Shown: positions 40,595-48,399 of the stretch, in pieces
How positions within the stretch are numbered: the stretch's first letter is position 1
Layout: every line of letters starts with the position of its first letter
Assembly: GCA_963681965.1 (NCBI GenBank)
Contig: OY820579.1
Span: forward strand, 1,376,001-1,440,000
Reading direction: 5' to 3'
Length of the DNA stretch: 64,000 bases
Source: a bacterium
GTDB lineage: Bacteria; Electryoneota; JAOADG01
The notes under the pieces: model-generated
What the model was told of the DNA's origin: nothing
What the model saw: the letters and a program-made list of their open reading frames with translations, nothing else
The model's database searches: none
Made by a program: the position numbers and the translations under genes

Positions 40595-42645
40595 ACCGGA
40601 TATACATCTCACTTCTGTTATTGTTGACATGTAGTTTTCTGGCGATTGCCGCTACGCCGAATCCCCCCGCAGTATCGCATAAGATTGCGTTTACGCTGAA
40701 TCCGACGACTCAAATGCTAACGGGAATCGATACTATTTCCATTCACCACGGCAACCATAAATTCTATCTTGCGAAGAAATGCGATGCCAGCATTGTCGAT
40801 ATCACCGACAAAAAAAACGAGCCGCTGAAACTGGTGACGGCGAATCTGTTGGCGAAAACCGATGCCGAAGAGTGGGAAGCGAATGCGAATGCAATCGAAA
40901 TCAGTGGACCGAAAACAGTAGTTGCGAATTGGAGTGGCGTTTTCAACGATTCTTCCGCCAACGTGCAATTTTCACGCGAACAAGTCGCCGGTGTTCCTGA
41001 AGGGGTTATTGCCAAACAAGGAATTTTTCTATCGACCTCGGCGCTGTTTTATCCGATCGAATTCAATACTGTCCATGAATATACAGTGACGATTTCGACT
41101 CCGAGCGGTTGGACACCCATCACGACCGGGTTACGAACTAAAATCGGTCTTGCTCCGGAAGGTTTTGTCAATTGGTCGTTTGGTGGACCGTGGCAGAACG
41201 AAGGTTTGAGTATTGCTGCCGGTGAGTTTATTGTTCGATCTACCGACACACTCGGCATCTCCATCGAAACCTGTTTCTCGCCTGCACGCGATTCGCTTGC
41301 ACCAACCTACTTAGCTGCGGCGAAAAAGTATATTGCACGTTACTCACGCGAATTTGGAGCTTACCCTTGGCCATCATTTGCCATGGTCGAAGCATTTTTT
41401 CCCGCTGGTTATGGACTTCCGGGATACACTTTCCTCGGATCGGAAGTCATAGCATTGCCGTTTATCGTCACAACTTCGCTCGGTCATGAAGTTTTGCACA
41501 ATTGGTGGGGGAACGGCGTGTTCGTTTCCAGTAGCGGAAATTGGTGTGAGGGTCTGACGACATTTGGCGCCGATTGGGCGTACAAAACCGATCGTGGCGA
41601 GGATGCCGAGTATCGTCGTGGTTTGATCAAAGATTATGCCAGTTATGTCAACAATGGCAACGATTTTCCACTTCGCAAATTTACCTCGCGTTCCAGTGGC
41701 GCTACCCGCGCAGTCGGATACAACAAGTGCGCATTTCTGTTCTATGCATTAAAAAATCGAATCGGTGACGATGCCTTCAATCGCGCGCTACAGCGATTCT
41801 ACGCACAGTACCGGTATCGGTTCGCCGGATGGGACGAATTACGCGAGTGTTTCCAACAGGAAGCGCCGCATGAATCGTTGAAGTATTTCTTCCGTGATTG
41901 GATCGACGAGACTGGTGCGGTTGAGTTGAAGAATTTATCGATGAAGAATGTCGGCAAAACGACCGAGATTTCACTCGCTGTTTCCGGAAAACCATTCCCG
42001 ACATGGATTCCCGCCAAATTAAGCAATGGCGATAGTTCCCGGATCGTCCAGATCGACGGAAGAACCATTCGCAACGGGAAATTGACTTGGAGTAGTGCGA
42101 TCGAATCGACCATTCACAATTGGCAACCGAATGAAGTGACCATCGATCCCTATTATCAAGTCTGGCGTAAACCGGCTCCGGGCGAGATCCCCCCGTCACT
42201 ATCTGATCTGTACGGTGCGAAAAAAGTCGGTTGTTGGATCGAGGGAAATGGCGATTGGCAACTCGATTCTGCGTTGAGAAAATTAGCCGTGTCGCTGTTC
42301 GATACCACCGTCGTCTGGCTGAAAACAACCGAAGAATTTCCCGAGATCCCGATTGTCACACTTCGGAAAGATATATCGAAAACAGCACTCTATCTGCACG
42401 AACCGACACCCGAGCAGAAATTGCTGTTCGGCAAACCGCTCTTTGAAGTGAAAAACGAAGGGAAGCGAATCGTCGGTTTGATCTCTGTTGACAATCTTGC
42501 CGGTGTATCCTACTTGCAGCGCAAGGCACCCCATTACGGGAAATATTCCCGAATCGTCTTTGATGAGACTGGTAAGAACATTATCAAAGATCTGGCTCAA
42601 CCCGGGAAACACGCGCTTCACTACGTATTGCCGCAAGCTAAATAG
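40591..42645 (+). CDS. Secreted M1-family (gluzincin) metallopeptidase
   Basis: Signal peptide; HEVLHNWWGN...WCEGLT (HExxH-x18-E); VGYNK. Confidence 0.85.
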   Translation: MNRIYISLLLLLTCSFLAIAATPNPPAVSHKIAFTLNPTTQMLTGIDTISIHHGNHKFYLAKKCDASIVDITDKKNEPLKLVTANLLAKTDAEEWEANANAIEISGPKTVVANWSGVFNDSSANVQFSREQVAGVPEGVIAKQGIFLSTSALFYPIEFNTVHEYTVTISTPSGWTPITTGLRTKIGLAPEGFVNWSFGGPWQNEGLSIAAGEFIVRSTDTLGISIETCFSPARDSLAPTYLAAAKKYIARYSREFGAYPWPSFAMVEAFFPAGYGLPGYTFLGSEVIALPFIVTTSLGHEVLHNWWGNGVFVSSSGNWCEGLTTFGADWAYKTDRGEDAEYRRGLIKDYASYVNNGNDFPLRKFTSRSSGATRAVGYNKCAFLFYALKNRIGDDAFNRALQRFYAQYRYRFAGWDELRECFQQEAPHESLKYFFRDWIDETGAVELKNLSMKNVGKTTEISLAVSGKPFPTWIPAKLSNGDSSRIVQIDGRTIRNGKLTWSSAIESTIHNWQPNEVTIDPYYQVWRKPAPGEIPPSLSDLYGAKKVGCWIEGNGDWQLDSALRKLAVSLFDTTVVWLKTTEEFPEIPIVTLRKDISKTALYLHEPTPEQKLLFGKPLFEVKNEGKRIVGLISVDNLAGVSYLQRKAPHYGKYSRIVFDETGKNIIKDLAQPGKHALHYVLPQAK

Positions 42646-42670
42646 AGATATGATCGAGTCTTGAGAATTT

Positions 42671-42699
42671 GGGGTGGTCGCAACCACCCCTTTTTTTTT
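42671..42699 (+). terminator. Intrinsic terminator
   Basis: ggggtggt-cgca-accacccc followed by a T9 run. Confidence 0.8.
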
Positions 42700-42838
42700 G
42701 TTTCGAATTGACAATCGTGAAAAATCTTGCAAATTTTCAATTTTCTATTGCACAATCAAAATTAACCCATTATTCTATAGATAGCTTACATGGCACTGCC
42801 GGCATGATTGTTGGTGAAACAAAATCAAATGGGGCAGG

Positions 42839-43084
42839 ATGATGGAAACGCAAATTGAATTTCAGCCGGCACTTCAAGTAGTCGATCTGAATATCTTGAA
42901 AGATGCAGCTCAGCATTTACTGCAACTCGGGTACCCTTCGCAGATTAAACCTTGGGAAGAAGTTACCCCTTCCGAATTGGAAGAATGGATGAATCCTGCG
43001 CAAGGGGGATACCTCCTTTCGCTTCCCGCAGATAATTTTTTCCAAGCGATGAATGAACTGGGTAAAATCTATAAAGCCACCTGA
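42839..43084 (+). CDS. Small hypothetical protein
   Basis: 81-aa ORF with a purine-rich upstream sequence; no recognised motif. Confidence 0.5.
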   Translation: MMETQIEFQPALQVVDLNILKDAAQHLLQLGYPSQIKPWEEVTPSELEEWMNPAQGGYLLSLPADNFFQAMNELGKIYKAT

Positions 43085-43254
43085 TAGAGGAGGATTTTAC
43101 TCTAAGAATTGTAAGTATACCCCGAAATTGTTTTTAATTGATCGGAACCTTTTACTTCGAGGCGGTGTTTATATGTTGAACCCGCTATATCGAGTAAATC
43201 TATATTATTTCATAGAATTATTTAGATCGCTTTCTCATCCTTGGAGTTGCTGCT

Positions 43255-43896
43255 ATGACTGTCGCACCATTGAAGCGATACCGAATTCCCCACTTCCCAA
43301 CCTATGATTTTTTGCTCGAACATCCCATACTACTGGAGAAGCTACCAGACCGCTGGTGCAACAATAAGCTAGTGATGCTCGCGCTCGGAACACTGTCTTT
43401 TATGATGGGAAGCTGCAAGCCGGATGAACCAAAATGGGAAGGTGGAATTGTTGTACCAATTTTGACTGAAAATGAAGCACAACAGATTATCCGGGAAGAA
43501 GCGTCAACTGCTGGGATCACTTTCATCACCGACTCGCTCACAATACCTAATGTGAGAATTCCCATAAGCTTTATCAGATACTCTCATCCATCGGATTCAG
43601 TTCATCTCACTCCCGAAACCAACTTAACGCTCGACGGTCACGACACATTACGTCAGATCAGCTACGAATTCATATCGGAAACAGATTTATCCCAGTGGAG
43701 AATTCAATCGGATACGTTATACGAAATTTATAATATTAACCGCTCGAAAACTGCTAGGGAGCTTCAGACTGAACTCCGGACGCAGCGACCGGATCTGCAT
43801 GTGGGGGTATTTTCTGAGCAAAATGGCAACCCACAAGATCTCCGCCAACAGGTACGGGATTTCATCTCGTGGCTGCATCAACAAGGAGTTTACTAG
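43255..43896 (+). CDS. Radical-SAM-associated putative lipoprotein, paralog 1
   Basis: Leader MTVAPLKRYRIPHFP...LPDRW, lipobox MGSC (C54), WEGG segment, ends LRQQVRDFISWLHQQGVY. Confidence 0.85.
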   Translation: MTVAPLKRYRIPHFPTYDFLLEHPILLEKLPDRWCNNKLVMLALGTLSFMMGSCKPDEPKWEGGIVVPILTENEAQQIIREEASTAGITFITDSLTIPNVRIPISFIRYSHPSDSVHLTPETNLTLDGHDTLRQISYEFISETDLSQWRIQSDTLYEIYNINRSKTARELQTELRTQRPDLHVGVFSEQNGNPQDLRQQVRDFISWLHQQGVY

Positions 43897-43897
43897 C

Positions 43898-44533
43898 ATG
43901 TTGGTTGAACCACTTCGAAGATACGATACTCCGAAGTATCCAAACTTCGAGGGCACCGTGCAGCATCCGGAAATACTGCAAACAATTCCACACCGGTGGC
44001 GTCACAATAGCTGGGTATTTTTTTCTCTGAGCACGGTTGTTTGGTTCTGCACCGGTTGTCCTTGGGGAGGTGGATTTGCTACACACGGCATACCGCCCTC
44101 TGAAGCTGAGATGTTAGCAATTATCAACAGCGAAGCTCGAACAGCCGGAATTGTATTCAAGGGCGATACGCTAACGTTACCGAATGTGTCGTTACCTCTG
44201 CACTTTTCCACTCCTCATCACACCGATACTCTTTGTCCATCGTCGCCTATCGGTTTGAACATGGATGGATTCGATTCCACACATTCAATCGCCTATGAAT
44301 TCGTCGCATGGGAAGATCTCGACGCGTGGAACCGACTCGTATCGATTGAAGCATATCAATCCCTAATGATGAGGCAAACGGCAGAAGCGCTTCAAACGCA
44401 ATTGCGCGCGGATCATCCCGAATTGAAAATCGGTGTATTCCATGAGCCGAATTATCAGGGATCCGATACTCTTAATATCCGACAGCAAGTACAATCATTT
44501 ATCGCTTGGATCCGGTCACAGGGAGTGATGTAA
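43898..44533 (+). CDS. Radical-SAM-associated putative lipoprotein, paralog 2
   Basis: Start reassigned to ATG 43898 by alignment with paralogs; MLVEPLRRYDTPKYP...IPHRW, CTGC (C54), WGGG, IRQQVQSFIAWIRSQGVM. Confidence 0.85.
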   Translation: MLVEPLRRYDTPKYPNFEGTVQHPEILQTIPHRWRHNSWVFFSLSTVVWFCTGCPWGGGFATHGIPPSEAEMLAIINSEARTAGIVFKGDTLTLPNVSLPLHFSTPHHTDTLCPSSPIGLNMDGFDSTHSIAYEFVAWEDLDAWNRLVSIEAYQSLMMRQTAEALQTQLRADHPELKIGVFHEPNYQGSDTLNIRQQVQSFIAWIRSQGVM

Positions 44534-44535
44534 CG

Positions 44536-45174
44536 ATGTTGATCCAACCGGTACGAAACTACCAAATTCCGAAATATCCCGTCTTCGCGGAAGTGCAATA
44601 CTATCCCGATTTAATGGAGACGATGCCCGCTTGCTGGGGGCATAGTAAATTCGCAATGTCTTCTTTCAGTGCCATAGCGATGTTGGTGTTGAGTGGCTGT
44701 CCCATTTTTTCCCGGACTGCCGGACCACCTTCGATACCACCAGTGATGACCGAATCCGAAGCTGCGCAAATTATCCTGCAAGTTGCCGATTCCGCCGGTG
44801 TTCATTTTAACGGCAGTCAGTTGACGTTGAACAATATTAGCATTCCTTTGCATTTCTATAGCGACACGACCACAACCGATACCCTCCATCATACCGCGAT
44901 CACCAATCTGGTGTTTGATGGTAACGATACAACGCATCACGTAGCATACGAATATATTTCATCGGAAGACTTGTCGATCTGGCGCAATCTGGATACTAGC
45001 AGGATATACCGATCAATCGATGGTGTGAAAACTGCCAGAGATCTTCAAAGTGAACTGAGAGTTCTTCGACCGGATTTACACATTGGTGCGTTTTATCCCT
45101 CCAATTACGAAGACGAATTGCGCCAACAAGTACGGGATTTCATCGCATGGTTGCGAACCGAAGGGGTGATTTGA
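44536..45174 (+). CDS. Radical-SAM-associated putative lipoprotein, paralog 3
   Basis: Start ATG 44536; MLIQPVRNYQIPKYP...MPACW, LSGC (C55), LRQQVRDFIAWLRTEGVI. Confidence 0.85.
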   Translation: MLIQPVRNYQIPKYPVFAEVQYYPDLMETMPACWGHSKFAMSSFSAIAMLVLSGCPIFSRTAGPPSIPPVMTESEAAQIILQVADSAGVHFNGSQLTLNNISIPLHFYSDTTTTDTLHHTAITNLVFDGNDTTHHVAYEYISSEDLSIWRNLDTSRIYRSIDGVKTARDLQSELRVLRPDLHIGAFYPSNYEDELRQQVRDFIAWLRTEGVI

Positions 45175-45176
45175 CA

Positions 45177-45938
45177 ATGCTAATCGAACCGATCAAACGC
45201 TATCCCAAACCCAATTACCCCATCTTCCAGTTTGTGCAGGAACACCCCGAATTGCTCGAGAAATTGCCGAAGCAGTGGTTCAACAATCCCGTGCTGCTAA
45301 GTGCTGCATGTGCTGCCGGAATGCTGATCGGTTGCGATCACGGAACCACCAGTCCCTCGACGATGAGATCCAGTAGTGTTGCTCCGGTCTATGCCCATGG
45401 TGAGGGAAGAGCGATTTGGGGCGGAGTCATTTTCGGTGCGGCGTATAGTTTTTTTACCGAAGCCGAAGCGCGGCGATTAATATTGGATGAATTTACGGCT
45501 GCGGGGTATTCGATTACCGATACGACAAAAGCCATCGAAAATGTGAAAATTCCGGCAACGAGCTATTTCGAAACGTTGGATAGCGTCGTTACGTATTTTC
45601 CGACCACAGTATCGCGATTGCAGCTTGATGGTTACGATTCGACTTTGTCGATTGGTTACGAATTTGTTTCCGATGACGATTTCTATAATTGGCGGAGATC
45701 GGATTCGGTGCTCAGCACAGTCTATGTCGAAAATTTGAAAACGACTGCAGAACGTCTGCGACAGGGATTAATGAAGAAACAGACCAATACACATCTTGGT
45801 GTTTTCTACGATCCACTAACATATTACCTGGGGTATGACGCTGCCGATTCGGTAGTAGCAGCGCAAAAGAATAAAACCGAACTGCAACGCCAAGTTCGAG
45901 ATTTCATCGGGTGGCTGCGGTCACAAGGAGCTTTATAA
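45177..45938 (+). CDS. Radical-SAM-associated putative lipoprotein, paralog 4
   Basis: Start ATG 45177; MLIEPIKRYPKPNYP...LPKQW, LIGC (C53), HGEGRAIWGG, LQRQVRDFIGWLRSQGAL. Confidence 0.85.
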   Translation: MLIEPIKRYPKPNYPIFQFVQEHPELLEKLPKQWFNNPVLLSAACAAGMLIGCDHGTTSPSTMRSSSVAPVYAHGEGRAIWGGVIFGAAYSFFTEAEARRLILDEFTAAGYSITDTTKAIENVKIPATSYFETLDSVVTYFPTTVSRLQLDGYDSTLSIGYEFVSDDDFYNWRRSDSVLSTVYVENLKTTAERLRQGLMKKQTNTHLGVFYDPLTYYLGYDAADSVVAAQKNKTELQRQVRDFIGWLRSQGAL

Positions 45939-45940
45939 TC

Positions 45941-46735
45941 ATGCTAATCGAACCGGTTAAACGTTATGAAACTCCGCAATACCCGGCGTTCGAATATGTG
46001 CAAGAACACCCGGAAATCCTAAAGAAATTACCGAAGCGATGGCACGACCACAAACACGCAATCGCTGCAGTATCGATATTTGCATTAATAGTGGGAATCA
46101 GCCAAAGTAAAAATGTATTCAGCCTAAATGATAACATGACAGATAGTTTAAGATCCAGTTATCGAGATGGAAAATTGTCTTGGGGAGGAGAAGGTTCTAT
46201 GCAGCCTCAATCAAAATTTTTTACTGAAGCGGAAGCGAAATGTATTATCGATGACGAAGCAGCAAAATCGGGAATACAATTTAACTTGGGTACACGCGTT
46301 TTATCGAATGTGGAAGTACCAAAAACTTCGACCTATCTAAACTATCCTTCACAACGACAACTGGGAAATAGGATACGAAATCTTGAACTTGATGGCTTCG
46401 ATTCTGTCAAGAAAATAGGATTTGAATTTATTTCGTTAGACGATTTCAATGCATGGAAAGATTCGAGTAATATTAATGGAAGCACTCGCGGCGAAATCAA
46501 TCTGAAACAAACCGCGCAAGAATTACGAAATGGGTTAGAAAAAAAATCGTTACACATGCATATCGGCGTTTTCTACGATCCGATAGGGTCGGAATATTCT
46601 AAGTACACTCATTTCGCCGATCCTTCAATGAATACTGATAAAATGAACCGGAAATTAAGTCAAGAGACGGAACAAGCACTACGAATCCAAGTCCAAGAAT
46701 TTGTTAAGTGGATGAAAGAGCAAGGAGCGCAATAA
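45941..46735 (+). CDS. Radical-SAM-associated exported protein, paralog 5 (no lipobox Cys)
   Basis: Start ATG 45941; MLIEPVKRYETPQYP...LPKRW, hydrophobic stretch, WGGEG, LRIQVQEFVKWMKEQGAQ. Confidence 0.85.
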   Translation: MLIEPVKRYETPQYPAFEYVQEHPEILKKLPKRWHDHKHAIAAVSIFALIVGISQSKNVFSLNDNMTDSLRSSYRDGKLSWGGEGSMQPQSKFFTEAEAKCIIDDEAAKSGIQFNLGTRVLSNVEVPKTSTYLNYPSQRQLGNRIRNLELDGFDSVKKIGFEFISLDDFNAWKDSSNINGSTRGEINLKQTAQELRNGLEKKSLHMHIGVFYDPIGSEYSKYTHFADPSMNTDKMNRKLSQETEQALRIQVQEFVKWMKEQGAQ

Positions 46736-46738
46736 CCG

Positions 46739-47878
46739 ATGCACCTGACGCTCCACCTGACCGGTCAATGCAATTTTCGCTGCAGCTACTGTTATGCCGA
46801 GAAGAATCCAGTCGATATGAGCTTTGAAACGGCGCAGAAAGCCATTCAGATGTCGCTGCGGATGCTCGAAGAAAAGCAGAGTGATAGTAGTCTGGGCATA
46901 GTTTTCTTCGGTGGCGAACCACTTTTGCGCAAACCGTTGATCCGCGAGATCATGACCTATTGCAAGCGCATCGAGACCGAAACGAAACGCCCCTTCCATT
47001 TCAAAATGACCACCAACGGCATGTTGCTCGACGAAGCATTTCTCACCGATCCGCTCACCTCACAAATCATGATTGCATTGAGTCACGACGGTATCCCGGC
47101 AGCACACGATGCTCACCGCCACGATGTCGGTGGACATCCCACTTCGCAAAAATTGGATCCGGTAATCGATCTACTGCTGAAACATCAACCCTATGCGCTG
47201 GTGATGCAAGTGGTTTCACCGGACACCGTGCCGTATTATGCACAATCGGTTCGCTACCACTATGCGTGCGGTTTCCGGTACCTAATCTATACGCTTGATT
47301 TCAAAGCGGATTGGAATGATAAGTCGTTTAAAGACCTTGCAAAGCAGTATAAGGAGTTGGCAGAGTGGTATGAGACCATGACATTGAAGGAAAAGAAATT
47401 TTATTTCAGCCCGTTCGATAAAAAAATCGCCAGCCATATTTTTCCGGAAGAGTGTAACGGCGAACGTTGCGACTTCGGAAAACGACAAGTCTCGGTCGCT
47501 GCAACCGGAAGGATCTTTCCCTGCATTCAATTTGTCGGCGATGGGAGCGACTCGCGGTTCTGTATCGGCGATGTCGAAACCGGTATCGATCAGAAGCGAA
47601 GCGCTAAACTCTACTTCGAGAATTTCGCCGAGAAAGCATCGTGCTTCGATTGCGCCATCAAAGAGCGCTGCAATCAGTACTGCGGCTGTATCAATCTTCA
47701 TACTACCGGCAAGATCAATACCGTCTCACCATACCTTTGCGCACATGAACGAATCGTCCTGCCGATTGCCGATCGGTTAGCGGAGAAGCTCTATAAAAAA
47801 CGGAGTGCGATGTTTATTCAGAAACAGTACAATCATCTTTACCCGCTACTGTCGCTGGTCGAGGATCGGACACGATAG
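46739..47878 (+). CDS. Radical SAM/SPASM domain protein (peptide/protein maturase-like)
   Basis: CNFRCSYC, FFGGEPLL, TTNG, SHDG; SPASM motifs CDFG...GRIFPC and CFDCAIKERCNQYCGC...C. Confidence 0.93.
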   Translation: MHLTLHLTGQCNFRCSYCYAEKNPVDMSFETAQKAIQMSLRMLEEKQSDSSLGIVFFGGEPLLRKPLIREIMTYCKRIETETKRPFHFKMTTNGMLLDEAFLTDPLTSQIMIALSHDGIPAAHDAHRHDVGGHPTSQKLDPVIDLLLKHQPYALVMQVVSPDTVPYYAQSVRYHYACGFRYLIYTLDFKADWNDKSFKDLAKQYKELAEWYETMTLKEKKFYFSPFDKKIASHIFPEECNGERCDFGKRQVSVAATGRIFPCIQFVGDGSDSRFCIGDVETGIDQKRSAKLYFENFAEKASCFDCAIKERCNQYCGCINLHTTGKINTVSPYLCAHERIVLPIADRLAEKLYKKRSAMFIQKQYNHLYPLLSLVEDRTR

Positions 47879-47979
47879 GTGATGGGGGGTAGGGTGTGGG
47901 GATTAGGAAAAGATCGGGTGGACATATTCTTGTTCGCCCATTAGATAAACTGTATCTGAAAACATTTTGTGTCTTGATT

Positions 47980-48046
47980 TGTCGTTGCGAGGACTGCAAC
48001 GAAGGAACGTGCAAAGCACTTCCGAAGCGGAAGGACGAAGCAACCT
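47980..48046 (+). repeat. TGTCGTTGCGA...GCAACCT palindromic repeat copy
   Basis: tgtcgttgcgagg...ggacgaagcaacct, same termini as the array around the GIY-YIG gene. Confidence 0.65.
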
Positions 48047-48156
48047 CCTCCTGTGTCTTGTCAATAAGACGATTGTGAAATGCCCGCAAGTCAGGTGAAG
48101 CCTGACACACCTTTGTGAAGATCTCCTGCCGCAAACGACTGAAATCGAATTAGATA

Positions 48157-48390
48157 CTACTTCAACAACACGATCTTCTGTGTCTTCGCAAAATCTCCAG
48201 CATTCAACCGCACGAAATACGTTCCGGTGGCCAGCGACTTCCCATCGAACTGGAAGGTGTATTCGCCGGGATCCTGATGGAAGTCTACGAGCTTTGCCAC
48301 TTCTCTTCCAGCAATGTCGTACACCCGCAAATCGACTTTCCTTGTCTTCGCAATCGTATATCGAATCTCGGTTGTAGCGTTGAAGGGATT
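48157..48390 (-). pseudogene. Orphan C-terminal sorting-domain fragment with no start codon
   Basis: Manual translation NPFNATTEIRYTIAKTRKVDLRVYDIAGREVAKLVDFHQDPGEYTFQFDGKSLATGTYFVRLNAGDFAKTQKIVLLK*; homologous to the tails ending at 28167 and 58217. Confidence 0.8.
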
Positions 48391-48399
48391 GGAGTGTGA

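Noticed and set aside
42839-43084. 81-aa ORF as the missing PqqD/RRE of the rSAM cluster
   Set aside because: The size fits, but no PqqD-like pattern is visible and it is 170 bp from the operon. It cannot be supported without a profile search.
43799-45940. ORF-track starts at 43799, 44506, 45147 and 45911 for paralogs 2-5
   Set aside because: They overlap the previous gene. The downstream ATGs align exactly with the paralog 1 leader and have properly spaced RBSs.
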